A stretch of 64,000 nt of DNA, taken from Mobula hypostoma. Taxonomy: Eukaryota. The notes beneath the pieces were generated by a model, which had not been told where the DNA came from, searched no databases, and was given only the letters and a program-made list of their open reading frames with translations. The stretch lies in the NCBI RefSeq assembly GCF_963921235.1, contig NC_086097.1:166224001-166288000 (forward strand), written 5' to 3'. Shown piece after piece: positions 23,040 to 35,719 of the stretch; positions within the stretch are counted from its first letter, which is position 1, and each line of letters opens with the position of its first letter. A program made the position numbers and the translations under genes.

Positions 23040-24995
23040 ATGGAGCCCATCTATTCCTCAAGAGAAATTAGGGATAGTATCAATTCCAAAGAAGTAGCAT
23101 ACAAATTAGCCAGAGAAAGTGGCTCACCTGAGGACTGGGAGAAATTCAGAGTTCAGCAGAGGAGGACAAAGGGCTTAATTAGGAAGGGGAAAAAAGATTA
23201 TGAGAGAAAACTGGCAGAGAACATAAAAACGGACTGTAAAAGCTTTTATAGATATGTAAAAAGGAAAAGACTGGTAAAGACAAATGTAGGTCCCCTGCAG
23301 ACAGAAACAGGTGAATTGATTATGGGGAGCAAGGACATGGCAGACCAATTGAATAATTACTTTGGTTCTGTCTTCACTAAGGAGGACATAAATAATCTTT
23401 CAGAAATAGTAAGGGACAGAGGGTCCAGTGAGATGGAGGAACTGAGGGAAATACATGTTAGTAGGGAAGTGGTGTTAGGTAAATTGAAGGGATTGAAGGC
23501 AGATAAATCCCCAGGGCCAGATGGTCTGCATCCTAGAGTGCTTAAGGAAGTAGCCCAAGAAATAGTGGATGCATTAGTGATAATTTTTCAAAACTCGTTA
23601 GATTCTGGACTAGTTCCTGAGGATTGGAGAGTGGCTAATGTAACCCCACTTTTTAAAAAAGGAGGGAGAGAGAAACCGGGGAATTATAGACCGGTTAGCC
23701 TAACGTCGGTGGTGGGGAAACTGCTGGAGTCAGTTATCAAGGATGTGATAACAGCACATTTGGAAAGCGGTGAAATGATCGGACAAAGTCAGCATGGATT
23801 TGTGAAAGGAAAATCATGTCTGACGAATCTCATAGAATTTTTTGAGGATGTAACTAGTAGAGTGGATAGGGGAGAACCAGTGGATGTGGTATATTTGGAT
23901 TTTCAAAAGGCTTTTGACAAGGTCCCACACGGGAGATTAGTGTGCAAACTTAAAGCACACGGTATTGGGGGTAAGGTATTGGTGTGGGTGGAGAATTGGT
24001 TAGCAGACAGGAAGCAAAGAGTGGGAATAAATGGGACCTTTTCAGAATGGCAGGCGGTAACTAGTGGGGTACCGCAAGGCTCAGTGCTGGGACCCCAGTT
24101 GTTTACAATATATATTAATGACTTGGATGAGGGAATTAAATGCAGCATCTCCAAGTTTGCGGATGACACGAAGCTGGGTGGCAGTGTTAGCAGTGAGGAG
24201 GATGCTAAGAGGATGCAGGGTGACTTGGATAGGTTGGGTGAGTGGGCAAACTCATGGCAGATGCAATTTAATGTGGATAAATGTGAAGTTATCCACTTTG
24301 GTGGCAAAAATAGGAAAACAGATTATTATCTGAATGGTGGCCGATTAGGAAAAGGGGAGGTGCAACGAGACCTGGGTGTCATTATACACCAGTCATTGAA
24401 AGTGGGCATGCAGGTACAGCAGGCGGTGAAAAAGGCGAATGGTATGCTGGCATTTATAGCGAGAGGATTCGAGTACAGGAGCAGGGAGGTACTACTGCAG
24501 TTGTACAAGGCCTTGGTGAGACCACACCTGGAGTATTGTGTGCAGTTTTGGTCCCCTAATCTGAGGAAAGACATCTTTGCCATAGAGGGAGTACAAAGAA
24601 GGTTCACCAGATTGATTCCTGGGATGGCAGGTCTTTCATATGAAGAAAGACTGGATGACCTGGGCTTGTACTCGTTGGAATTTAGAAGATTGAGGGGGGA
24701 TCTGATTGAAACGTATAAGATCCTAAAGGGATTGGACAGGCTAGATGCGGGAAGATTGTTCCCGATGTTGGGGAGGTCCAGAACGAGGGGTCACAGTTTG
24801 AGGATAGAGGGGAAGCCTTTTAGGACCGAGATTAGGAAAAACTTCTTCAGACAGAGAGTGGTGAATCTGTGGAATTCTCTGCCACAGCAAACTGTTGAGG
24901 CCAGTTCATTGGCTATGTTTAAGAGGGAGTTAGATATGGCCCTTGTGGCTACAGGGGTCAGGGGGTATGGAGGGAAGGCTGGGGCAGGGTTCTGA
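23040..24995 (+). CDS. CR1 ORF2 reverse transcriptase (no endonuclease domain; start ATG comes from flanking DNA)
   Basis: 651-aa open frame with KSPGPDG, NYRPVSLTS, YLDFQKAFDKVPH, GVPQGSVLGP and FADD. Translation is not demonstrated. Confidence 0.6.
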   Translation: MEPIYSSREIRDSINSKEVAYKLARESGSPEDWEKFRVQQRRTKGLIRKGKKDYERKLAENIKTDCKSFYRYVKRKRLVKTNVGPLQTETGELIMGSKDMADQLNNYFGSVFTKEDINNLSEIVRDRGSSEMEELREIHVSREVVLGKLKGLKADKSPGPDGLHPRVLKEVAQEIVDALVIIFQNSLDSGLVPEDWRVANVTPLFKKGGREKPGNYRPVSLTSVVGKLLESVIKDVITAHLESGEMIGQSQHGFVKGKSCLTNLIEFFEDVTSRVDRGEPVDVVYLDFQKAFDKVPHGRLVCKLKAHGIGGKVLVWVENWLADRKQRVGINGTFSEWQAVTSGVPQGSVLGPQLFTIYINDLDEGIKCSISKFADDTKLGGSVSSEEDAKRMQGDLDRLGEWANSWQMQFNVDKCEVIHFGGKNRKTDYYLNGGRLGKGEVQRDLGVIIHQSLKVGMQVQQAVKKANGMLAFIARGFEYRSREVLLQLYKALVRPHLEYCVQFWSPNLRKDIFAIEGVQRRFTRLIPGMAGLSYEERLDDLGLYSLEFRRLRGDLIETYKILKGLDRLDAGRLFPMLGRSRTRGHSLRIEGKPFRTEIRKNFFRQRVVNLWNSLPQQTVEASSLAMFKRELDMALVATGVRGYGGKAGAGF

Positions 24996-25096
24996 GTTGG
25001 ATGATCAGCCATGATCATACTGAATGGCGGTGCAGGCTCGAAGGGCCGAATGGCCTACTCCTGCACCTATTTTCTATGTTTCTATGTTTCTATGTT
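23056..25096 (+). mobile_element. Young 5'-truncated CR1 LINE
   Basis: Uninterrupted ORF2, intact GGGCCGAATGGCCT stem-loop, (TATGTTTC)n tail and TSD TCTATT (23050-23055 and 25097-25102). Confidence 0.96.
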
Positions 25097-25687
25097 TCTA
25101 TTGATATTCCATGAAGAAGTTTCCTCAGCAGGAGTCCTGATCACAGGACTGGTCTCTGAGTTGGGGAAGGTTGGGCCTGAGACTAAAACTCTCCAGGGAA
25201 GCCAAGAACAGCCTTGGACATGCTGCCAAATCTAGGATGCCATAGGCTCAAGCCCTGGAGATTTGGGTCCAAGCTCAGGAAAGCATGAGTTTGAATCCAG
25301 ATGCCAGGTCCAAACAAATGCTGAAAATGCTGAAAGCACTCAGCAGGTCAGGCAGCAGTGATGGAGACAGAGACATAGCCAACATTTCACATCAGTACTC
25401 ATTCATCCTAACTCAATAAGAACTCAGGATTATGCCTGTATCTGAGATCAGATGCTCAGGACTAAGCCTGTGTCTGATGGTCTGGATCTGAACCGAACAC
25501 ATTCAGGACTAACCACGATGAGCTACAGATACCCATAATAACACCTGAGTAAACCCTGAAGTGAGGCCAAGACAATGAATACTAAGTCCAGATGATTCTG
25601 TATTTGATGGCCAGACTTCAGTGCCCTGAAGTCTAGGTCTGTCAAATCACGTTGCTGCTGGATTACTGATGGCAGTCATCATTTACT

Positions 25688-25862
25688 AGCAAGAGAAAAT
25701 CTACAGATGCTGGAAATCTGAGCAACACACAAAATGCTGGAGGAACTCAGCAGGTCAGGCAGCATCTATGAAAAAAAGTACAGTCAACATTTCAAGCCAA
25801 AATCCTTGTTTCCCATGGATGTTGCCTGGCCTGCTGAGTTGATCCAACATTTTGTGTGTGCT
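25688..25862. mobile_element. PLE-derived fold-back element
   Basis: PLE terminal sequence with inverted arms (about 25722-25770 and 25814-25862); 16-bp TSD GCAGTCATCATTTACT / GCAGTAATCATCTACT. Confidence 0.7.
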
Positions 25863-28544
25863 GCAGTAATCATCTACTGATGGAAGAGCTGGGATGCTGA
25901 AATCCATGGAGACAGTATCATGTTGAAGAACCCAATGTGTTCAATGGGAAGCTGATTTGTCAAATGGTCACCTAAGCTAGTTTGCTTTTGTAGTACATCT
26001 TCAGGCATGGAGCTTCTATTCTTTGTGTATGTATGCATTTGTTCTTTACAGCACAGTGCTGCTGAAACAATATAACATTGTTGATACATTTGTAGATATT
26101 AAGGGAATCAGGAGATATGAGATTAGGACAGTAAAGTTGCTCTGGAGTAAAAGATCAGCATGATCACATTAAACAACAGAGCAATGCATGAGTCAAGATA
26201 ACCCACTTACTTTTCTACTTCTTATGTCTTCTTTTGTCGTAGATCTCAGGCTGTTTCTATAGCACACTCAACATTGGAATAGTTTAAACATGTTGCCTTG
26301 CAACTAACATTTTCCCTCTTTATGCATAATGTACTTGCATATACAAGCCAGAGATAAGGGCTTTCTTCCTTCTTTCTTTCTACTTGCATATACATTCTCT
26401 GCCTCCGTCCATTTGTGTAGGCTTTACAAATATTTCAAAATATCGGAAGCCCATGACTGCTAGCAGCTTGAGTTTACAAAGAAAGATGACAAAGTCCTTT
26501 TGAATTGGATCAGATTCCACAGAGGAAGTATTAAACTGCAAAACATATACGAGGGAGGCTCTGCCCACATCTCTCAATCCAAGAAAGAAAATTAAAAAAT
26601 AGACGGATAAAATTTTTGCTCCTCTTACAAGTGCACATGCAATAATTTTTTTTGAAGCCAGTTGTATCTCACATGATCCTAGTTTGAGAAATTGTTTGAT
26701 GAGCCACAAGGAATACCTTGCCAGAAAACAAGGAATAAATGCTTCATATCAAATACTCACAACATTTTGGCAACATTAACATTTGAATTTGAATTTTGGT
26801 TCAATCAAATCATTATTATCTTGGCATTGTATCACTGGAACAAATCATGCATTCTATTCACCCCAAATGTTGCCTTATCAACTTTGGCTTTATCCATAGA
26901 GCAGCGAAAGATGAGACTATTTCCTCTTGGCAATTATTTCCTTCTGCTTCAGTTTAAAAAATACAGTCATTAAAATAGGGTTTAAGATTTACTTAATAAA
27001 ACTGCTGCAGGGTTTACAGCTGATCTGTTTCAGGGCAGAACCAAATATTCTTATCAGGGTTGTTGACTGTACAAGATCTGTGCTTTTGGTTTCATATGCA
27101 TGTTATTTTAGTTAGGAAAAGATGCTTAATTAAATAAGTAAACCAGAATTTATAGTCATGGGGAAAGGGAGAAGATGGTGAGTGATATGAAGTAGCTGAT
27201 ATGGGAAACCCAAAAGGAAATAAGGATGAATAAATAAGGAGGTGAACTGAAGAATGAGAAGAAAATAAGATGAACTATCTTACTGTAGCCAACTAAAGTG
27301 GCAAACATAGGAAAGCAACTCCATTTCCCTGGAGAAATCCTTGTGAAGACCTGGAAAGAATTTGATTTCAAAGAGGCCTGCAGAGAAGCAGGGCCATTTG
27401 TTTTCAATTCAGTGAGAAAGAGTGTAGCCTTAATTTTTTTTTGCTCTAGGTTCCTTGCAGTGAAACATAACTCATCTCAGCTGGTAGTATGGCAAGATCA
27501 AATGACAGACAATTTCACTTGAAGCCTTGGGTGTCCTTCTGGCAGCCAGAAACTCAGAACATCCTTAAAAATTCATTTTTCATTTGGATGGAAGCAGACT
27601 ATGTACTAAACAGAAGTTATCATTGCCATATGTTAGTTTGCAGGCTATGCTGTATGACTAGACACTTCAGCAACATTGAAATAACAGATAAATGCTTGTT
27701 TTGATATACTGCTCCACGTTCCATTTCATTTATAGTCCTTAAGATATCGAGCCTCTTAGATGAAAATTGTTTCATTTGAAGTGAGTTATTTAAAGCCAAC
27801 ATTACCTGATTCAAAAAACCTCATGTCCCGACCATTAAATCTTAGAGTATCTAAATTGCAGACTGTACCCACATTACCATAGAAGAGCAGCTCAGTTTTT
27901 CAAACAATTTCTGTTTTTAATTTGAGGCTTTCAACATTTAAAGTTTCGTAAGTTTGACTTGGCAATACTTATTTTTTTAGAAATGAAGCATGTACATGTA
28001 TAAAATAATATTGGATAAAAAGTATTAGAAATTAAAAATAGCAAAATGAATCCAGTACAATTCTTTAAAAGTGTATAGATCACAGAGACAGAGGAAGTGA
28101 AGCCTTTGGGCCAGCCATTCACCAGAGAGAAAATGACTCTTCCATAGTTTAACTTAGGGAACTGTACCAGTAGAAAGATTGCAAAGGAATAAAATCTCAG
28201 AATTCATATTTGCTTTCAACCACCAAGGCTTACATCTTCTAATTACACTGTACTGTTTACCAAACACCATCTGTCTGAAGCAGTGGTTGTAAGTTTTCAC
28301 TCAGTGGCTTGGACCAACACATTCAGCAATCAGCACTTCAGCTTCCATTCTCTCCCATAAGAGTCAAAGACTCACCCAGTCATAGACTGGTGAAGTAGAG
28401 AAATGGGCTCTTCATCTGATTACATCCACTGCCCATCTACACAAATCCCATTTCCTCATATTAGGTCAATAACCTACTATGCCTTGCCTATTTAAATGCC
28501 TGTCTTAAGAATTATGGGGTAACCTGCCTCAAAGACTTACTGTA

Positions 28545-29935
28545 CATATACTGTGATGAAGTGCTTTGAGAGATAGTGATGAAACATATCAGCTCCTGCC
28601 TGAGGATTGTCATGGATCCACTCTAATTTGCCTACTGCCACAACAAGTCAACAGTAGATGCCATTTCATTAGCACTTCATTCAGCTCTGGAACATCTGAA
28701 CGGTGAAGATACATACATCAGGATGCTCTTTATTGACTACAGCTCGGCATTTAACATAATTATCCCCTCAAAACAAATCAATAATCTCCAACATCCAGGC
28801 ATCAATACCTCATTGTGCAACCATATGATTGATTTCCTGACTTGCAGACCCCAGTCGGTTCAGATTGGAAACAACACCTCCTCAACAATCATCATCAGCA
28901 CAGGTGCTGTGTGCTTAGCCATCTGCTCTACTCGCTTTGTACTTGTGACTATGAGGATAAGTACAGCTCCAGTCCTGTATTTATGTTTGGTGATTACACC
29001 AAGGTTGTTGGTTGAATCAAAGGTGGTGATGAATCAGCATATAGGAGAGAGATTGAAAATCTGGCTGAATGGTGCCACATCTCTTCATTTAAAATCAGTA
29101 AAATCAAAGAACTGATTATTAATTACAGGAAGAAAAAAATGGAACTTTACAAGTCAGTTCTCTTCAGGGGATCAGAGATGGAGAGGGTCAGTAACTTGGA
29201 GTTCCTTGACATTATCATCTCAGAGGATGTGTTGTAGGTGCAGCACGTGAGGTGCCATTACAAAGACGGCACAGCAGTGCTTCTGCTTTCTCAGAAGTTT
29301 ACCAAGTTTCAGCATGTCAACTAAAACTTTGATAAACTTCTCTAGATGCACGGTGGAGAGTACACTGACTAGTTTCATCATGGCCCGGTATGGAAATACC
29401 AATGCTCTGGAATGGAAAAGCCCACAAAAGGTAGTGGATACGGCCCAGTCAATCACAGGTAAAGCCCTCCACACCACTGAGCACATCTACAAGGAGTACG
29501 GTCACATGAAAGCAGATCCATCATCAAGGACCCCCATCATCCAGGCCATGCTCTCTTTTCAAAACTACTATCAGGAAGGAAGTACAGGAGCCTTAGGTCC
29601 CACACCATCAGCTTCAGGAACAATTATTATCCCTCAAACTTCAGGCTTCTGAACCAGAGTGGATAACTTAACTCACACCAAGAGTTGATTTCAGAGCTTA
29701 CGGGCTCACATTCAAGGACACGACAACTCATGCTCTCAATATTATTTATTACATATCGAATTATTATTATTATTATTTTGTTTTTTCTTTTCGTATGTGC
29801 ACAATTTGTTGTCTTCTGTACACTGGTTCTATGTTTGACTTTGTTTATCTTTTGTGTTTCTTTGTATCTACAGTGAATAACGAATCAGGCTGGTATACGG
29901 TGACATGTATGTACTTTCATAATATATTTACTTTG
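28545..29935 (+). mobile_element. Degenerate Rex1/Babar-type LINE
   Basis: [23 protein letters not shown] and RCTVESTLTSFIMARYGN motifs, plus a 3' tail. Confidence 0.85.
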
Positions 29936-30850
29936 AATGTTGTCTAAATACCTCTTAAGCAAAGTAATTGTATCTGATTTCACCAGTTCCTCTGGCAGCA
30001 TGTTCCAAATATCAATCACGCTCTATGTAAAAATCTTGCCTCTCAAATCCTCTTTAAAAATATTTCCTCTCACCTTAAACCTATGTCCTCTTATTGGTCA
30101 TGTGAAAAAACGTTCTGACTTTACGATCTATGTCTCTTACAATTTTATATAGCTCAATCAGGTCACTATTCAGCCCTTAATCTCTGACAACCCATACAGC
30201 ATCCTGATGAATTTCTTCTGCATTCCTCAGCACAACCACGTCTTTCCTAAACCAGGTCTGCATGTAACACTCCTAACCAGTATTTTGTGAAGCAGGCACA
30301 TGACATTCTAACTCTTATGCTCTATGCCATGACCTATAAAGGCACATCTCTCATAGGACTTCTTCATTACTCTACATACCAGTCTTGGCACTTTTAGACA
30401 ACTACTGTTTTGAACCTCTGGTTCTTTGTCTGCTTTAATATTCCTCATGGTCTTAATATTAGCTATACATGTCCTACTCCTATTCGACTTCATAAAATGC
30501 ACACTTGGAGTTAAATTCTATATGTCAGTGCTCCACCCAAATTTCCAGCTGATCTATTTCCATGTGTATCTTTCCCTGGTATCTATAATACCATAAATTT
30601 ACCTTTCATTCTAGTAACATTCTCAGGGAAGTCATTGGTATCTACCACAATCAGCAAAGGTCCTGTACCAATATCTGTGGTGCATGACTGGGCACAGATT
30701 TCCAGTCAGAAAAATATCCCTCCACCATTGCCCCCTATCTTCTATTAACAAGCCATCTTAGTCTGGAGTCCCTGTGTCCTAACGATGTAAGACCTTGCCA
30801 AGTACCTTACTAAAATCCATAGAGACAGTGTCTTCATTCATCTTCTTAGT
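29936..30850 (-). mobile_element. Highly degenerate CR1 fragment
   Basis: Minus-strand remnants such as CAFIGHGIEHKS and a CR1 3'-like sequence. Confidence 0.6.
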
Positions 30851-30971
30851 TACTTCAGTAGTAATCTGCATTGTGCCCTCTTTCTATAATTCAGAGCAAT
30901 AAGGGACCATTCAGTCTTCCCAGTGCAAATCAAGCAGAATGGAGCTCAATGCCAAGTGGTTTACTGAATTC

Positions 30972-31586
30972 GCAAACACGAGGAAATCTGCAGATGCTGG
31001 AATTTCAAGCAACACACATCAAAGTTGCTGGTGAATGCAGCAGGCCAGGCAGCATCTAGAGGAAGAGGTACTGTCTACGTTTCAGGCTGAGACCCTTCGT
31101 CAGGACTAACTGAAAGAAGAGATAGTAAGAGATTTGAAAGTGGGAGGAGGAGGGGGAGATCCAAAATGATAGGAGAAGACAGGAGGGGGAGGGATGGAGC
31201 TAAGAGCTGGAAAGTTGATTGGCAAAAGGGATATGAGAGGATCATGGGATGGGAGGCCTAGGGAGGAAGAAAGAGGGAGGGGGAAGCCCAGAGGATGGGC
31301 AAGGAATATAGTGAGAGGGACAAAAAGGAGCAAGAGAGAAAAAATTAATAATAATAATAAATAAATAACGGGTGGGGTACGAAGGGGAGGTGGGGCATTA
31401 ACAGAAGTTAGGGAAATCGATGTTCATGCCATCAGGTTGGAGGCTAGCCAGCCAGAGTTCCTCCAACCTGACTGTGCCTTCATCTTTACAGTAGAGGAGG
31501 CTGTGGATAGACATACCAGAATGGGAATGGGATGTGGAATTAAAATGTGTGGCCACTGGGAGATCCTGCTTTCTCTGGCAGACAGA
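30972..31586 (-). mobile_element. Penelope-like element fragment (GIY-YIG C-terminus plus terminal repeat)
   Basis: DLPVATHFNSTSHSHS...LQPDGMNIDF; homologous to 36426-37567; possible TSD GAATTC (30966-30971 and 31587-31592). Confidence 0.88.
31073..31106 (-). ncRNA. Minimal hammerhead ribozyme motif (GUA site)
   Basis: Minus strand reads GUC-CUGACGA-AGG GUCUCAG CCU-GAAACGUA-GAC. Confidence 0.7.
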
Positions 31587-32429
31587 GAATTCTTCTTTCC
31601 TGCCACCTGCCACTTGTAATATCACTGTTCTAAGACACTTAAGTAGAAACAAATAAAATAAAGTTTGGAAGCCAAATATTTGAAATAAAAACAGAAAATG
31701 CTAATCACGTTCCTCTTAGATGTCATGCTAGTTATGTGAGTTGGTGGAAGGGTGAGACAGATGGGAAAGGGTCTTGTTTTGCTGTTGTCTTGTTTTTTTG
31801 TTGTTGTTGCTACTTGTGGTAGAACATAGAACATCATGGCATATTTTTGCTATGGGTTATCTCCTTTTCTGTGGCAGTTCCCCTTCACCCTCATTTTATT
31901 TATCATTCACAACTTTATCTACTTCCTCTTCAAATTTCTCTAACAAACTTTGAGGGAGAAAATTCCAAAGTTTCACCACATTCTGTGAGACGTTCCTATA
32001 TGTCTCAACCTTAAATGATTACCCCCTCCCAATCTTGTAACTGTGTCTATCCCTCATTCAAGGTTTGTTCATCGATGAAAACACCTCAACGTCTATCCTG
32101 TCATGCAGGACTTTAAGTTTTAAAGTCCCTCAGGACTTTGTGTTTTAAAAAAAATCACTTCTCATCCTTCTAAACTCCAAAAAATATATATCTAATTTCT
32201 TTAGTAACATGATAGGTGCCTTAAAAAGGGAGTGTGGTTGAAAGTGAAGAAGGGTACGGAAGAACAGATCAGTGCGTCTCAAAGGGAGAGATTCCTTTGA
32301 AATGTTGAAACAGGAAGGGAATCCCTTATTCTCACAACAAGCCTCTTCTCCCCCCCCCCCCTTTCCCTTATGAGCTACAGAGCCAGTCTCCATGTCAGAG
32401 ATCTGACCACAGTGACTTTCCTCTGCTAG

Positions 32430-32720
32430 ATCATACAAAGCTTTCTATGGTCCATTGATAAAAACTGGTAAGAGTCGACTGCGATTTGCCAAATTTCTTT
32501 AGCCTCCTGAGGAAGTTGAGGTGTTGGTGAGCTTTCTTGGCCATGACATCAGTGTGGTTTTACCAGGACAGGCTGTTGATGACATTCACACCTTGGAACT
32601 TGAAGCTCTCAACCCTTTCATACTTAACACCGTTGATATAGACAGGAGCACATGCACAGCCCCCCATTTCCGAAGTCAATGTCCAGCTGTGTTGACACTG
32701 AGGAAAAGGATGATGCCATG
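32430..32720 (-). mobile_element. Rex1/Babar-type LINE fragment
   Basis: PVYINGVKYERVESFKFQGVNVINSLSW motif. Confidence 0.7.
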
Positions 32721-33544
32721 ACTTCAAGTCACAATGGCGACGTAGTTCCATTTCAAGATGGTGTACAACTTAAGAAGGGATCTGTGGCTGGTGGTGTTCC
32801 TATGTGCATGCTGTCTCTGATCTTCTTGATGGTGGAACTTGCAGGTTTATGAAGTGCACTGGATCATAATTACAGTATAATTTGTAGTGTGCTACACCCT
32901 GCAGCAAAATGGAGCTGGTAGTGCTTACTTAAGGAACAGTCAATTGAACCACACATTCCCAGATAGCTCTGTGTTTCTTTAGTATTGCTGGAGCTACTTT
33001 CACTCAGGCAAGAGATGGATATTCTTTCACGGTACTGTCTTGTGCCTTGTAGGTTGTGCTTTAACATGACAAGGTACTCTTGTAGTCATAATAAGTTTCC
33101 TAACAAAGATGAGCCTCTGGTTGAAGGAAGGTCTCAATAATGATAATGTGTTTGAATGATGAAGGTAAGTAGTTTATTTCACTTTTTTTGGACATGGTCA
33201 TTGGGACCTGACTGGCATGAATGTACTTGTCACTTGAATATTGTCCATAGCTAACTGCATGCAGTCATGGACTTCTGAACCTTCTGAGATATGGCAAAAG
33301 CTACTTCCAACTTCTAAAGTGCTTTCTTAACTTTAAAGCACTCTTCAGTGTTCTGAGATTTTGAAAAAAATTGACATAAATTTAAATCTTGCTTTTTTCT
33401 GTTAAGTGCTACAGTATCACTTCCAATCATTCTATCTGCACATTTCTGAACCAGTTGCATTGGCAAATACAAAGCAAAACTAAATCCAGCGCTACAATCT
33501 GCACAGAAAGAAGTATTTTACCGTTCTTATACCATTTCTACTTC

Positions 33545-34020
33545 TTCAGAATCAGATTTATTATCACCGACTGAAGAAAATTTGATTTTTGCAGCAGTGT
33601 TGCAATGCAAACACAGAAGATTACTATAAAGCACAAAAATAAATTGTGCAAGGAGAAAGCAATGATGAGATAGTGTTCATGGGTTCGTGGACCTTTCAGA
33701 AATCCGATGGTGATGGGGAAGAAGCTGTTCCTGAACCAATGTGGGTCTTCAGGCTCCTGTAGCTTCTCCCTGATGGTAATAATGAGAAGTAAGAGGGAAT
33801 GCTGGGTACCCTCAGTGATGGATGCTGTTTCTTGAGACACCGCCTCAAGGTTGTGGCCATGATGGAGCTGGTTGAGTCCAAAACAGCCTGAGGCCTCTTC
33901 CACACCCAGACTGTGGAGCAACCAGTCAGAATGCACTCCCCTGTATAACCGTAGAAACTTGCTGGAGTCTTTGATAACAGACCAAATCTCCTCAAATTGC
34001 TAATGAAGAAGAGCTGCCTC
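33545..34020 (-). mobile_element. Rex1/Babar-type LINE 3' fragment
   Basis: LRRFG, LLPSGRSYRSLKT and FRNSFFPITIGFL motifs, with a GATTCTGA tail. Confidence 0.8.
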
Positions 34021-34991
34021 TTGACTCGTGGACAGAAAGCAGATTGTTTCAAATTACGCACAATACCTCCTTTTCACATGAACAAGTGCTGTACACTCTA
34101 AATGCCAATATTAATTAGCAAAATGATCACTTACAAAGATGAAAATGAAGCAACATGATTGATGGTTGAAACTTTGAATGTGGTAGGCAGACTAAAAAAT
34201 AGTTTCAAATGTTTATAAAAATATACTGTATGGTAGGATTTCTATCTAATTAAAGTCCACTGCAAAAGACCTAAGATGAAACAAAGAAGCAGGAACCTAC
34301 CACAAATCTTCCAAATGAACATGCAGTATTCATTAATGAAGGATGCAAGTTCACACACGGGACAAAGAACATTGCAGACAGATATTAATAGGGTTGCATG
34401 CATTGAAGTAATTATGGTCTGGGAGTAAAGTTTGGATAACTCTTCAACTGGCACTGAAATTTATTTACGGTTTAGTTATTTTTCTGAGCTGTTTCTTTAA
34501 CATGCAAATTCAGTCAAATTTGGATTTTTTTTTAGATTTTTGTTTCCACAAGGCAGATTTTTATATTGACTACAGATTAAGCAACTGTTATCTTGTCCAA
34601 ACAAAGAGACAAAACTAAGGCAGGAAGGGTTATGTGTCCATAATTCTTCCATCTTCATAGTGCATTGCATCAGGAAGACTAACAGAATCGTAGGGGATTC
34701 CTGCAACCCTGGCTTTTCTCTTTTCTCTCCTTTACTTTCCCGGAGAAGATACAGCAGCTTCAGAGTCTGAATGACCAGAATCAAAAACAGCTTCTTCCCG
34801 TGCGCTCCCCCCACCCTGCCCCCGCTATCAGACTCCAGAACCAATCACCGCTCACACATTTTCACATTCTACTTTAATCCTTCCTCTCCCGTTATCATCA
34901 CCTCAGCATTTCTTTTTGCACCACTGTACACTGAACAATTCAGTTTTTTTGTGCTTGTCACTGTATTTGCTGTTGTATTTATTGTCTATAA

Positions 34992-35565
34992 AGGTTCACA
35001 GTCATCCAGGTCACTGAATATCAAGCAGTAGTAAATCAAGGCAACTGGACTTGCTGTGCTGTCCAGAAGACATTTTACCACTCATCCGAGAGTCTTCTTC
35101 AGTTCTAATCCATGGTGGGTGGTTTTCTGGCTCACCAGCTCCGAGAGGCATTTAAGGGTATAGCAATCACAAGAGAATCACTTGCATGGGGAGGACAGGT
35201 GGTTTGAAGGGGGAGTTAAAGAAGCCATCTTTGTCAAACTTGAAAACCCAACCCTGATTAGAGGGCTTGAGGTATGACACCACCTATCAGCTACTTACAA
35301 CGCAGTCCTAACATCTTACCCCGGCATCTCCACGACAGTTCACACCTTCATTCATGCAAAGATAAGACTAGTGACCCTCTCATTACCTCTATGACTTTTA
35401 ACAACCTTCAGATGATTGCTATACCTTTAAACCAACTCAAAGAGTTCATAAACTGGAAAACTACCTAACATGGATCAGAACTGAAGAAGGCTCTTGGATG
35501 AGCAGTGAAGTGGCTTCTAGACAACACACAAAATCCAGTTGCCTTGATTGACTACTGCTTGATAT
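34992..35565. mobile_element. Second PLE family: inverted terminal arms around a GIY-YIG C-terminal remnant
   Basis: Arms at about 35018-35128 and 35456-35565 are reverse complements; the interior encodes EDRWFEGGVKEAIFVKLENPTLIRG on the plus strand. Confidence 0.78.
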
Positions 35566-35719
35566 GCTGTATTAATTATTACCATTATTTGAATTGACCT
35601 CTGCTGCTGTTTGAGTGGAGTTTTTTTTCCATGATCCTATGGACTGCCTCCAAGTGCTCTAGTTTCACCCATGTTCCAAGTCAGGCTGGTAAATTAATTG
35701 GCTACTATAAGTTTCCATA

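Noticed and set aside
23903..25018. Antisense ORFs over CR1 copies (also 40409-41335, 7871-8412, 58993-59913)
   Set aside because: These are shadow frames of LINE coding sequence with no independent protein motifs.
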